The position numbers were made by a program, and so were the translations under genes. DNA of 54,686 bases from an uncultured Oscillospiraceae bacterium (lineage in GTDB: Bacteria; Bacillota; Clostridia; Oscillospirales; Oscillospiraceae): assembly GCA_964570015.1 (NCBI GenBank), contig CAZMXF010000001.1:1-54686 (forward strand). Direction: 5' to 3'. The notes under the pieces are model-generated. The model saw only the letters and a list, made by a program, of their open reading frames with translations. It had not been told where the DNA came from and did not search any database. Positions 6,480-14,979 of this stretch are shown piece after piece (the stretch's first letter is position 1; every line of letters begins with the position of its first letter).

Positions 6480-9419
6480 TTATGTGCTTTTAAAATTTAC
6501 TTGACGAATTTCAACAAGCTCTCCTAATTGGTCATCAACACCATTATACGCTGGTGCTCCTATCCTTACTGCTGAGATCACCCTGTTTCCTTTATCTACT
6601 ACAAAAACGTCAAAAGCTTGCTCTTCTTTTGTACCAGATTCTCTTGGAATAAGAATGTCTGGGTCATCTTCAGTTACATAATAGATACCATTCTTGTCGC
6701 ACGCTGTAATAATAATAGGAACTCCATTAGGCGTTGATGTTATCTTGTCTCTATGAGCATGACCAGCTATTATTGCAATGATTTCTCCGTTTCCAGAATA
6801 ACTGTCCACTATAGAGCAGAGTTCATCCGTGACACCGTTTATTTTCCATCTTACGGGATTCGTTGCATTCCCAATTTCGTAAATGGCATGGATAAATATA
6901 ATTGCTCCCCATCCAGCTTCAAGATTAAGTGCCGTGTCCCTTAACCAGTTTTGCTGAGACTGCTCAAAATAAACTGAAGGCTGATCACCGCCGTCTGTAT
7001 ACGCATTTAAAATGATGTACCTATTCTTCTGAGCCTTATTATCGACATAGTAGTAGCTTCGGCCAGCATCTCCAATTACAATATCATCATGCATTGAATT
7101 GAGAATTGTCCAGACAGCAGGGTCAGTCATATAAGTACCTTTGTACTCATGGTTTCCCACAACATTATAGATTTTCCCATCGAAACCAGACCGAATAAGT
7201 TGTAATGCTTCATCATCATAGTAAGCGTTCCAGTCATTATGCATGTCTCCACCATTAAAGAGGCGAACAATATTCAGCCTTTTTGCCAAATAGCGGATTA
7301 GTGCAGGACTATGAAGCTGATTCCATTCATAATGGAAATCTGTGATGAAGAAGAACGCATCATACCATCCAGAAGCGTTGAACATCAGTTCACGGATAGA
7401 GGAAACCTTGTTTTCAAGATAACCACCCTCAAAATAATAGTCTGGAATCTGAAGCCTTGGGTCTCGCACCTTTTCATAATCTACAGCTTTTGAGATGTCA
7501 AAAGTTGACTCGTAGGTTGTTGCAGCTCCACCTATTTCAAGTTGTGCATCCTCTGGTACTATCTGACTGTATGCGGTGCTTTCATTGCTCCAGAACTGAA
7601 TCCGAATATATCTAGTTGTCGGCCTCGTCTTGAATCTCAGCTGACGAATTCGTTTAGCCCATGCATCACGAGCTTCATAATCCGACAAAAATGTTCCATC
7701 TTCGGTGTAACCATAGATATTGAGGACAACATAAAGCTGGTTCATCTTCCATGAAAATGTATACTCAGTATTTGGCTTGACAGGAATCCATTTCTTTGTT
7801 GCTGTGAACTGAACGGATGTGCTTGGTACAAAGTCCCCAGATGAATTAACGCTACCCTGTTTAAATTCCGAAACAAACAGATTCTTAGATGAATCGATGT
7901 CCCTCACAATCCCAGAGTATTCAGAGAGCTGTCTCCGTCCCAGAAATACGCTCTCTTTAATCTGCGTATGAATACTGGTATCATCAGCGAGAACATAAAA
8001 CTCACTTATGGTTATCTGAGTATTGTTGCTTGTTGGAGATAGGTTAAACATGAACCGAAGAATAATCTGGTTCGCATTGCTAGGCGGCAACAGGTTATAG
8101 GTTTCATTCAGTCTGTTAAGGTACAGATTGCTCCCTATTGCTGTGCCATCAGCCGCCCACTGGTATTGCACAAAGTTGTTTGTTAATGCAGTTCCATTGT
8201 ATACAATATTTCCTAGGTAAATAAGAAGGTTGTCAGTATTTGCTGGAATATCAACAACCTTTTCCATAGAACTCCATGTTCCAGCCGTTGATCTTAGGAA
8301 TACCCTATTCTTATAGTAGGCAAGCGCATTGCTCTCAGCAAATGATGTTCTTACTGTATCCAAAAGGGTAACATTAAATTCTGATGCATCTGTACCATAA
8401 ACAATCAGTTCAGAAACAGTTGCCGAAGTATTTACTGCACTAGCATTGTTTACATACACATCAATCCGAATATGTGTTGCTTGCGTATTTACAGCTATGT
8501 TTGTATCGGAATTGGATTTTATGTCAATATAAGATAATTGTGTAGTCCCCTGCAGTTGAGCTACTCTGACTTGAATGCTGGTAATTGTCTCAACATCATA
8601 AGTGATCTGTCCGAGATGTACAGAAATAAATTTCAGACCACTCGGTAAAGGGAATACTGTTCCTATATTTGCCCATGTGCCATGCGGGTCTGGTTTAAAT
8701 GTGCGACCACTTAGATTTGCGATAATATTTGTTTCGATTGCGCTGTCAAACTCCGCTTTGAAATTGCCTACGGATTTTGCATCACCAGCTGCACCAGAAA
8801 TTGAAAGAGACTCATCAATCACTGGATTTGTAGGATTCGTAATATTCGATGACAGCCAATCACCTACCAGTGTAGGTATTGTGGTCTCTGTTAATCTGTT
8901 TGCCGCATCTTCTGCTCGATCTGCCGCATTCTCTGCACGGTCTGCCTCATCTGCTATAGACATTGTCTGGATAGCGGCTTTAAGTGTTTCAGTGAGTGCA
9001 TTATAGTATTCGCTTGAAACAATATCGCCATCTTCAACTGCCGACTTCTGGACTTTGATGATAAATGAGAATGCTGAAACACGTTCGCCGAAAGAATTAT
9101 AAAAATTGATCTGCGCACTTACATTCCCAGCAGTAGTAAGCACCTGTAATGCGAGGGCAATATTTACGGTTGTTCTGTTGTCCTCAAAGGATATGGCATA
9201 ATTCCCATTTTCATCTGTATCATAGAACCCACCATTGCGATCAGATTTTCTGTATCTTATGACAGGGTACACTCCAGTTGGAACTGCCCAAGGTTCGCCA
9301 TTATTGAGAAGATGCGCCTTCACAATCCGTCCAGAACTATCAAATTGTACGGCATTCACCACTTCAGCATTTGGATGAGCCATGTCCAAATTGATTCTTG
9401 TTATAACATTAAAAGCCAT
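6480..9419 (-). CDS. baseplate/receptor-binding protein: BppU-like N-terminus plus C-terminal calcineurin-like metallophosphoesterase domain
   Basis: 979 aa. The N-terminal Ig-like module resembles baseplate upper proteins. The C-terminus has the motifs DFHYE, GGDMHND, GNHEY and GHAHRD in canonical order. Confidence 0.7.
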   Translation of the reverse strand: MAFNVITRINLDMAHPNAEVVNAVQFDSSGRIVKAHLLNNGEPWAVPTGVYPVIRYRKSDRNGGFYDTDENGNYAISFEDNRTTVNIALALQVLTTAGNVSAQINFYNSFGERVSAFSFIIKVQKSAVEDGDIVSSEYYNALTETLKAAIQTMSIADEADRAENAADRAEDAANRLTETTIPTLVGDWLSSNITNPTNPVIDESLSISGAAGDAKSVGNFKAEFDSAIETNIIANLSGRTFKPDPHGTWANIGTVFPLPSGLKFISVHLGQITYDVETITSIQVRVAQLQGTTQLSYIDIKSNSDTNIAVNTQATHIRIDVYVNNASAVNTSATVSELIVYGTDASEFNVTLLDTVRTSFAESNALAYYKNRVFLRSTAGTWSSMEKVVDIPANTDNLLIYLGNIVYNGTALTNNFVQYQWAADGTAIGSNLYLNRLNETYNLLPPSNANQIILRFMFNLSPTSNNTQITISEFYVLADDTSIHTQIKESVFLGRRQLSEYSGIVRDIDSSKNLFVSEFKQGSVNSSGDFVPSTSVQFTATKKWIPVKPNTEYTFSWKMNQLYVVLNIYGYTEDGTFLSDYEARDAWAKRIRQLRFKTRPTTRYIRIQFWSNESTAYSQIVPEDAQLEIGGAATTYESTFDISKAVDYEKVRDPRLQIPDYYFEGGYLENKVSSIRELMFNASGWYDAFFFITDFHYEWNQLHSPALIRYLAKRLNIVRLFNGGDMHNDWNAYYDDEALQLIRSGFDGKIYNVVGNHEYKGTYMTDPAVWTILNSMHDDIVIGDAGRSYYYVDNKAQKNRYIILNAYTDGGDQPSVYFEQSQQNWLRDTALNLEAGWGAIIFIHAIYEIGNATNPVRWKINGVTDELCSIVDSYSGNGEIIAIIAGHAHRDKITSTPNGVPIIITACDKNGIYYVTEDDPDILIPRESGTKEEQAFDVFVVDKGNRVISAVRIGAPAYNGVDDQLGELVEIRQVNFKST

Positions 9420-9443
9420 ACACTTTTCTCCTTTATATGTGGT

Positions 9444-10508
9444 TTATAGCGGACAGCTAAAGAATATGGTTGCATATTCATTTGCCGCCATATCCGGAAG
9501 TGCTACATTCCCACTTGTTGCATAGTATGCCCTCCCAGTTCTTAGAGCATCTCTTGCCCACTGACTAGCCATTATATAAACAGGCTGAAAGTCATAAGCT
9601 GCTTTAGTGGGCATTTTAAATGCCTCTCCGTCATTAGCTCCGTGAGCAGTTACGCATTTAAGTGTAACTGAACCAAACAAAAACGCATCATTTAGCGTTT
9701 TTGTTGAATACGTTACAAGCTGAAAATGTGAGTGAATATCTGTTGGAGTAACTACAACAATATTCTCAACAGCCGCCTTCAAGTCAGCTATATCTGCTGA
9801 ATTATCTGATACATCGTTTTGCAAATTGCTAACGGCGGTTTGCAAATTTCCTATATTTGTCTGGTTCGTTCCTACATCAGTCTGTAGCGTAGAAACATTG
9901 GATTGTAAATTTCCTATATTTGTCTGGTTCGTTCCTACATCAGTCTGTAGCGTAGAAACATTGGATTGTAATGAACTTACATCGGTCTGCAAAGTTGTAA
10001 TATCACTAAGACTGATCTTTTTCCATGCATTCCATGAATTACTATTGCCGTTCCTCTGATAAATGTTGAACTTCGTACCATCAGTGTTGAAAATAGTCTG
10101 TAAACGTGTCGTTCCAACAGATGACACCATCAGAACAGACCAAGTTACTCCAGACGGGCAATTAGCTGGTTGTGTTCCTCCAATGCGATAGAGCCCTACC
10201 CTTGTGACAGTATCAAGGTCATCCGAACTGATCAGCGGATTATCCGAAACAACGAACATAACACCATCTGCGATAGGGTGTCTGTGATCTTCTCTGGCAT
10301 AGTCATTTGAAGAACCAACTGATGCGTTTCTTCCATCTGGCAGTGGCGTCGCTGTTCCAGCATTCGCCAAATTTACAACCCCTGTAATTTGCTCTCCATT
10401 CGCCGCATGCGCTGTTGCTCCGGCTAACATAGTCTGAGGGGTTACTGTATCAGAAGTCAAATCAATCAAAGTAGTCCCATCAGCTAGCTGTACTTTATTA
10501 TTTGCCAC
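9444..10508 (-). CDS. tail fibre protein with coiled-coil repeat
   Basis: GTG start after GAGAGGTG. The N-terminus (KVQLADGTTLIDLTSDTV..TAHAANGEQITG) is shared with the next ORF. Also has a YAREDHRHP box and a 21-aa tandem repeat. Confidence 0.65.
   Translation of the reverse strand: MANNKVQLADGTTLIDLTSDTVTPQTMLAGATAHAANGEQITGVVNLANAGTATPLPDGRNASVGSSNDYAREDHRHPIADGVMFVVSDNPLISSDDLDTVTRVGLYRIGGTQPANCPSGVTWSVLMVSSVGTTRLQTIFNTDGTKFNIYQRNGNSNSWNAWKKISLSDITTLQTDVSSLQSNVSTLQTDVGTNQTNIGNLQSNVSTLQTDVGTNQTNIGNLQTAVSNLQNDVSDNSADIADLKAAVENIVVVTPTDIHSHFQLVTYSTKTLNDAFLFGSVTLKCVTAHGANDGEAFKMPTKAAYDFQPVYIMASQWARDALRTGRAYYATSGNVALPDMAANEYATIFFSCPL
9844..9969 (-). repeat. perfect 2 x 63-bp tandem duplication inside tail fibre gene
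   Basis: 9844-9906 equals 9907-9969. The repeat encodes LQSNVSTLQTDVGTNQTNIGN twice. Confidence 0.9.
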
Positions 10509-10540
10509 TTAAAAGCACCTCTCAAACTTCCATTTTGATT

Positions 10541-11140
10541 TTATGCAGCAGAGCCAATAGTAACTGTCTTGCCGCCAGCTGCGTTATCAGAGTAAGTTAC
10601 GGTAATCGGGTTAACTGTAACCTGAGAAAGGCAGTTATAGTCCGGAGAATCAGGTGCAATTACCTGCTGAGTAAATGTCGGCGTCACTGTCTTAGCCTGA
10701 GGAGACATACCTTCGGACCCAGACATAGTACCCTCGACACCGAGAATTGTAATACCCTCACGGATATTCGTTGCGATAAGTTTGGCCTGCTCAGCTGCTG
10801 CAATACTAACTTTACCGGAGCCATCGTGATAACCCTGAGGAATTGTATACTCCTGAGCCTTTGTAGCAATAGTTCCGGTAACTGCTCCCCTGTTCGGCAT
10901 GGTACCTGTAAGCTGAGCGCCACGAGCATGAGCAGTTTTACCAGCAAGAATTTCACCAACTGTCGCCGTATCATCAGAAGTATCACTATCATAAGTGCAG
11001 ATACCTGTAATCGGAGCACCATTAGCCCCATGAGCAGTATAACCACTTAGCAAATGAGCTGCGTCAACAGTATCTGTTGTCAAGTCCATCAAGACGGTAC
11101 CGTCAGCAAGGACTACTTTAGAATTGTATGTGTTAGCCAT
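10541..11140 (-). CDS. tail fibre / fibre-associated protein (paralogous N-terminus)
   Basis: 199 aa. The N-terminus KVVLADGTVLMDLTTDTV..TAHGANGAPITG parallels the 9444-10508 product. Confidence 0.6.
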   Translation of the reverse strand: MANTYNSKVVLADGTVLMDLTTDTVDAAHLLSGYTAHGANGAPITGICTYDSDTSDDTATVGEILAGKTAHARGAQLTGTMPNRGAVTGTIATKAQEYTIPQGYHDGSGKVSIAAAEQAKLIATNIREGITILGVEGTMSGSEGMSPQAKTVTPTFTQQVIAPDSPDYNCLSQVTVNPITVTYSDNAAGGKTVTIGSAA

Positions 11141-11145
11141 TTAAA

Positions 11146-11424
11146 TTAGCCTCCTATAATAACTGTGTTCCCGCCTTGGGGATTTGTAACTGTGTTTACT
11201 GGAATTCTTGACACAAGAATGTTTGTTCTGATCTTTTTGTTAGCAGTTTCAAACATCGTCCCAACAAAATCCGGAACAAAAAAAGTAGAGCCTTCATAAT
11301 ATTCTGCATCATCTATATGCAGTACCTGAAGACTCTCAAATTTAACATCGAGGTGAACCTCGTCATCCAGCATAGTAACAGGAAAGAAACTTTCGGTTTC
11401 TTCAAAGCGAACGTCAAGCTTCAT
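11146..11424 (-). CDS. hypothetical tail-module protein
   Basis: 92-aa ORF, overlap-coupled to its neighbours within the tail gene block. Confidence 0.6.
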   Translation of the reverse strand: MKLDVRFEETESFFPVTMLDDEVHLDVKFESLQVLHIDDAEYYEGSTFFVPDFVGTMFETANKKIRTNILVSRIPVNTVTNPQGGNTVIIGG

Positions 11425-11768
11425 TCCAGCACCTCATCATTCAGAACATCAAGCACTGAAAAACGCATCTTATTTGAAGCCATGACATTCCCCTCAAAGT
11501 CGATAGCTCGCACCTGTACGCTTACTGTACCTACTGGATCACGTGAAAATGCATTCGCTTCTTCCTGAGTAAGCGTAATTGTTGCATGATAATGAGTTAC
11601 TGTTTCCTCTCCGGAAGTAATTTCTTCAGAAGTAATAACAAGGTCCTCTTTTCGCTTCTCCAAGACAATCGCATCATTCTGTACGTAAGTAATCAGAATC
11701 TCTTTGAAATCATTCGGGTCAGTTGTCCCAAAGCAAAACTTATGAGTAGGTGTAGTGCCTCTATACAT
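11421..11768 (-). CDS. hypothetical tail-module protein (Ig-like N-terminus)
   Basis: 115 aa. Starts MYRGTTPTHKF.., similar in style to BppU-type Ig modules. Confidence 0.6.
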   Translation of the reverse strand: MYRGTTPTHKFCFGTTDPNDFKEILITYVQNDAIVLEKRKEDLVITSEEITSGEETVTHYHATITLTQEEANAFSRDPVGTVSVQVRAIDFEGNVMASNKMRFSVLDVLNDEVLE

Positions 11769-11808
11769 TTATAAACCTCCTTCCCTGTTTTTACTTCCTT
11801 TTTGATTT

Positions 11809-12072
11809 CTATTTTCGAAGAACAATCATTAAAGTAGTATCTCCGCTAGCAGGAGTTAATTTTATTTCTCCAAGCGTTTTATAGCCATAATAAATGCTAT
11901 CTTCATCATCTGTTGTTACCGTAATTGTTTTCAGTGCTTCAGAATCGCTAAATACTGCTGCCGCCTCAGCAAAGGACATGGAATCGGTATTAATTAGTAG
12001 ATCTGAAGCAACACCGCGTTCAATATGAAGAGCCGGTATAGTTTTATCATTGGCAAGTTTTACAGTAATCAT
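11809..12072 (-). CDS. hypothetical tail-module protein
   Basis: 87-aa ORF, overlap-coupled with 12069-12383. Confidence 0.55.
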   Translation of the reverse strand: MITVKLANDKTIPALHIERGVASDLLINTDSMSFAEAAAVFSDSEALKTITVTTDDEDSIYYGYKTLGEIKLTPASGDTTLMIVLRK

Positions 12073-12383
12073 AGCGGCTGGACCTCAATATTTTTTCTAA
12101 GAACTATCATGACCATTTTTTTATCGTCCATAAATATTAAAGGTTTTTGAACTGCAAAGATCTCGTTAAAACCCTTCATAATATGAGTTTCTTCAACTTC
12201 CTTAGTATCGTCATTTAGTTTAGTTATAGTAAGTCGTTCCATGTTCTCAGCATCATCAAAAAATGTATATGCCTGAATTGGAGTAAGTTCGTTTGTATAA
12301 ATCTGTAGCATATTATCCATAGGACCTTTTGCTACTAATCGACATTCTATTTGTTCATTAGTACTTTTAGATACTATATACAT
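12069..12383 (-). CDS. hypothetical tail-module protein
   Basis: 104-aa ORF directly downstream of Tal. Confidence 0.55.
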   Translation of the reverse strand: MYIVSKSTNEQIECRLVAKGPMDNMLQIYTNELTPIQAYTFFDDAENMERLTITKLNDDTKEVEETHIMKGFNEIFAVQKPLIFMDDKKMVMIVLRKNIEVQPL

Positions 12384-12394
12384 AGGCTCTCCTT

Positions 12395-14218
12395 TTAGTC
12401 TCCGCTATGGTTTTTATAACCAAGATATCTCAACCGATAAGTTCTAGGCAAAACATTTAACGAAGGCTGCGAATAATAGAATTGATAATAAACGTATGGA
12501 CAATTTACATAATAGTTATCGCCTTCCTGATATACTTGCATTTTATTATAGCTTGCTCCTTGCTGGGCACTGAATCCACCACCGGAAAGCGAAACACCCG
12601 CTACAACATCCAAAGAAACTGGCCAATCAACATATTCATTTCCGCCAACAACTAAATGATCTCCATAAAGCCAAGTGCCTTTTATATGGCCAGTCGTGAT
12701 CCAACCATATTCACCCTGATCAGCATAAATTTCACTTGCAAATATTAATTCTGCTTTCAACCAGAATGTATAAAAACCAGCAAGTTCATCACTTAAAGTA
12801 GCAAGATCAACTGCTTTGTCATCAATTTTACCAAGTTCAACAGCCTTGGCTTTAATCTTTTCTGCTGTAATTGCATCTACTGCGACTTTTTCTTCAACAA
12901 TTGCGCCGTTTTTAATCTTGTACTGTGTGACAGAATTTTCTGCTAATTTTTCTTCTGTAACTGCTTTTTCACGTAAATGCCAGTTTCCAACAGCATTGCC
13001 TTGAATTTTACCACCTGAAACACCTGCGTTTGAAAGTGCAGCATTTCCTACTGATCCATTCTGTAGCTGCTGGCTTGTAATACTTTTATTTTGAATTCTT
13101 TTTACGGGAATAAGACCCTTTTTAAGGCGAGAAGCATCTTCGAGACTAAACATCGAGCTCGCTTTTGTTTTTCCAATTTCTATTTCAACGGGTCTTTCTG
13201 CAAGCACATCATATTTGTAAGAACTAACTTTTGACTTAACATCGATACCCATACGCGGAAATCGAACTGTAACCGCATCATGTAATCTTACATCCTGTCC
13301 AAGCGTTGCATAGCTTACAACTAACGAAATAATCGGATGGCCGACATCACTTTCGCGGATCCATTCCTGAGCTCTTGAATTAAGTTCTGAAGCTGATGGG
13401 TAAGTTCCCTGCTCATAATTTGGAAACTGATCAGTTAAGTCAAGAGGCTGAATATTTTCTTTTTCAAAAGTACCATCTATGTACTGAATATTACCGTAAG
13501 TAACGTAATCAGTCGTATCGCCATAAGTAGCAGATTCACTATCTTCATCTGAAACATTGTATCTAAAATATGGAAGCACTCCAGTTATCATTTCTGAAAT
13601 GCTCTCTTCCATATCAAGATCTGTAATGTCTACGCCATAGTCAAGAGTAACTCCACGATCCTGTCCTGCCATTTGCAAAAGCGAGACACTAAAATTATTA
13701 AAAACAAGGTCTCCGCCCCAAGCACCTCGAATGCTGTCATTACCATCCAAAAGTAAAGCTCTGATAGATTTCGGAGCGTCACTTTTATACTTATGCTCTT
13801 CAGCATGCGGAAGCCTTTCGATGTCAGTAGTAAAAGTGAACGGACACTCTATAAAAGCCTGTGATTTTGCAAGACTCAAAGCAGAAGAACATGAAGTAAT
13901 GTCTTTCATTTCTTTTGTCGGAATACAATGTAAATCGTAACTTATATGCTGGCAATTAACGGTTTGAATGCCCTTTATTTCTTTTTCATAGCCGTAAATT
14001 CTGAATGCCTGCCACGGATCATAATCATTAGCTTTAACATAGACAATTCGATTAATTTTTAATTCCGAGTACATTGGTGCACTAACCGGATACTGAAATG
14101 CCATTTCATATTCGCCATCGGCATTGCACGTAGCTTCACAGGTAATACAGTCAATCAGATCACCAAGACCGTGGCCAGTAAAATCAGTGGCGTCATGTTC
14201 AAACAAAATTGGGATCAT
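12395..14218 (-). CDS. tail-associated protein Tal (prophage tail endopeptidase-type N-terminus)
   Basis: Start reassigned to ATG 14218 (ATGA overlap with the Dit stop). The N-terminus MIPILFEHDATDFTGHGLG..C..A.. is typical of siphovirus Tal proteins. Confidence 0.7.
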   Translation of the reverse strand: MIPILFEHDATDFTGHGLGDLIDCITCEATCNADGEYEMAFQYPVSAPMYSELKINRIVYVKANDYDPWQAFRIYGYEKEIKGIQTVNCQHISYDLHCIPTKEMKDITSCSSALSLAKSQAFIECPFTFTTDIERLPHAEEHKYKSDAPKSIRALLLDGNDSIRGAWGGDLVFNNFSVSLLQMAGQDRGVTLDYGVDITDLDMEESISEMITGVLPYFRYNVSDEDSESATYGDTTDYVTYGNIQYIDGTFEKENIQPLDLTDQFPNYEQGTYPSASELNSRAQEWIRESDVGHPIISLVVSYATLGQDVRLHDAVTVRFPRMGIDVKSKVSSYKYDVLAERPVEIEIGKTKASSMFSLEDASRLKKGLIPVKRIQNKSITSQQLQNGSVGNAALSNAGVSGGKIQGNAVGNWHLREKAVTEEKLAENSVTQYKIKNGAIVEEKVAVDAITAEKIKAKAVELGKIDDKAVDLATLSDELAGFYTFWLKAELIFASEIYADQGEYGWITTGHIKGTWLYGDHLVVGGNEYVDWPVSLDVVAGVSLSGGGFSAQQGASYNKMQVYQEGDNYYVNCPYVYYQFYYSQPSLNVLPRTYRLRYLGYKNHSGD

Positions 14219-14925
14219 ATCGTCCACCACCTCGGAATTATCTTAACACCTGTTATTCCTCCAGACCAGCTAATCTGAGTCTCTTTTCCAAGTACAAGAT
14301 ATTCATATAAACCTTGGATCATTGAGCTTCTATTAGTGCTTCCTTCATAAGCAGTATGTTGTTTAGTGTCGAGTATAAGTTCAGACGGAACCTCACTAAT
14401 TGAAACAATATAGCCGCCAAATTGCAGATAACCTTTGTTTCCATTTCCGTTTAATTTTATAATAGGCTTTGCAGGAAAACTTGAAGGATTAAAAAGTTTC
14501 TGATTCTTGGTCAGGGTGATCTCTTCTTCTCCCATTTTGAAATATTTTTCCGGAGCGCAATTAAACGTCAGAGTTCCGGAACCATACTCATTGAAAAAGC
14601 TTGTAAATTCCAGAGCGTTAACCACATAAGCCATTCTGTAGACATCCGGGAAGTATGTGTCTTCAAGCCTCTGATAACCCCTATTGCCGAGAAGCCAGTC
14701 TGAGACCTTTGGAATTACAGTATTAAGTCCACCAAGTTGTTTTGCATCCAAGAAGCAGTCATACTGCTGCTCATAGTTTTCAAATGTATCAAATTCAATT
14801 ACAATGTCACCGCTTCTGCCCGGAACTGCCTGAACTTCACGCTTCCTGGCCGGAATAATGACTTTGGGATAGTGCTGAATGACCATCCCGACATCTTCAC
14901 TACTGGTTCCTGCCCAGATAATCAT
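14215..14925 (-). CDS. distal tail protein (Dit)
   Basis: 236 aa. Position is between the tape measure protein and Tal. The N-terminus ..GMVIQHYPKVIIPARKREVQAVPGRSGD.. is typical of phage tail-family proteins. Confidence 0.7.
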   Translation of the reverse strand: MIIWAGTSSEDVGMVIQHYPKVIIPARKREVQAVPGRSGDIVIEFDTFENYEQQYDCFLDAKQLGGLNTVIPKVSDWLLGNRGYQRLEDTYFPDVYRMAYVVNALEFTSFFNEYGSGTLTFNCAPEKYFKMGEEEITLTKNQKLFNPSSFPAKPIIKLNGNGNKGYLQFGGYIVSISEVPSELILDTKQHTAYEGSTNRSSMIQGLYEYLVLGKETQISWSGGITGVKIIPRWWTI

Positions 14926-14940
14926 TAAAACACCTCTTCT

Positions 14941-14979
14941 TAATAAAAAGGGTAGCCCCTGGATTATCCAAAGGCTACC
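14941..14979 (-). terminator. hairpin plus T-tract spanning the tape-measure stop codon
   Basis: GGTAGCC (14973-14979) pairs with GGCTACC (14951-14957), followed on the minus strand by CTTTTTATT. The loop contains the TAA at 14964-14966. Confidence 0.35.

Noticed and set aside
9826-10059. Regularly spaced repeats that could be mistaken for a small CRISPR array or a DGR variable/template repeat pair.
   Set aside because: There are only two identical 63-bp units, directly adjacent with no spacers, in frame within a tail fibre coiled coil. I recognised no reverse transcriptase, cas gene or second diverged (A-mutated) copy in the window.
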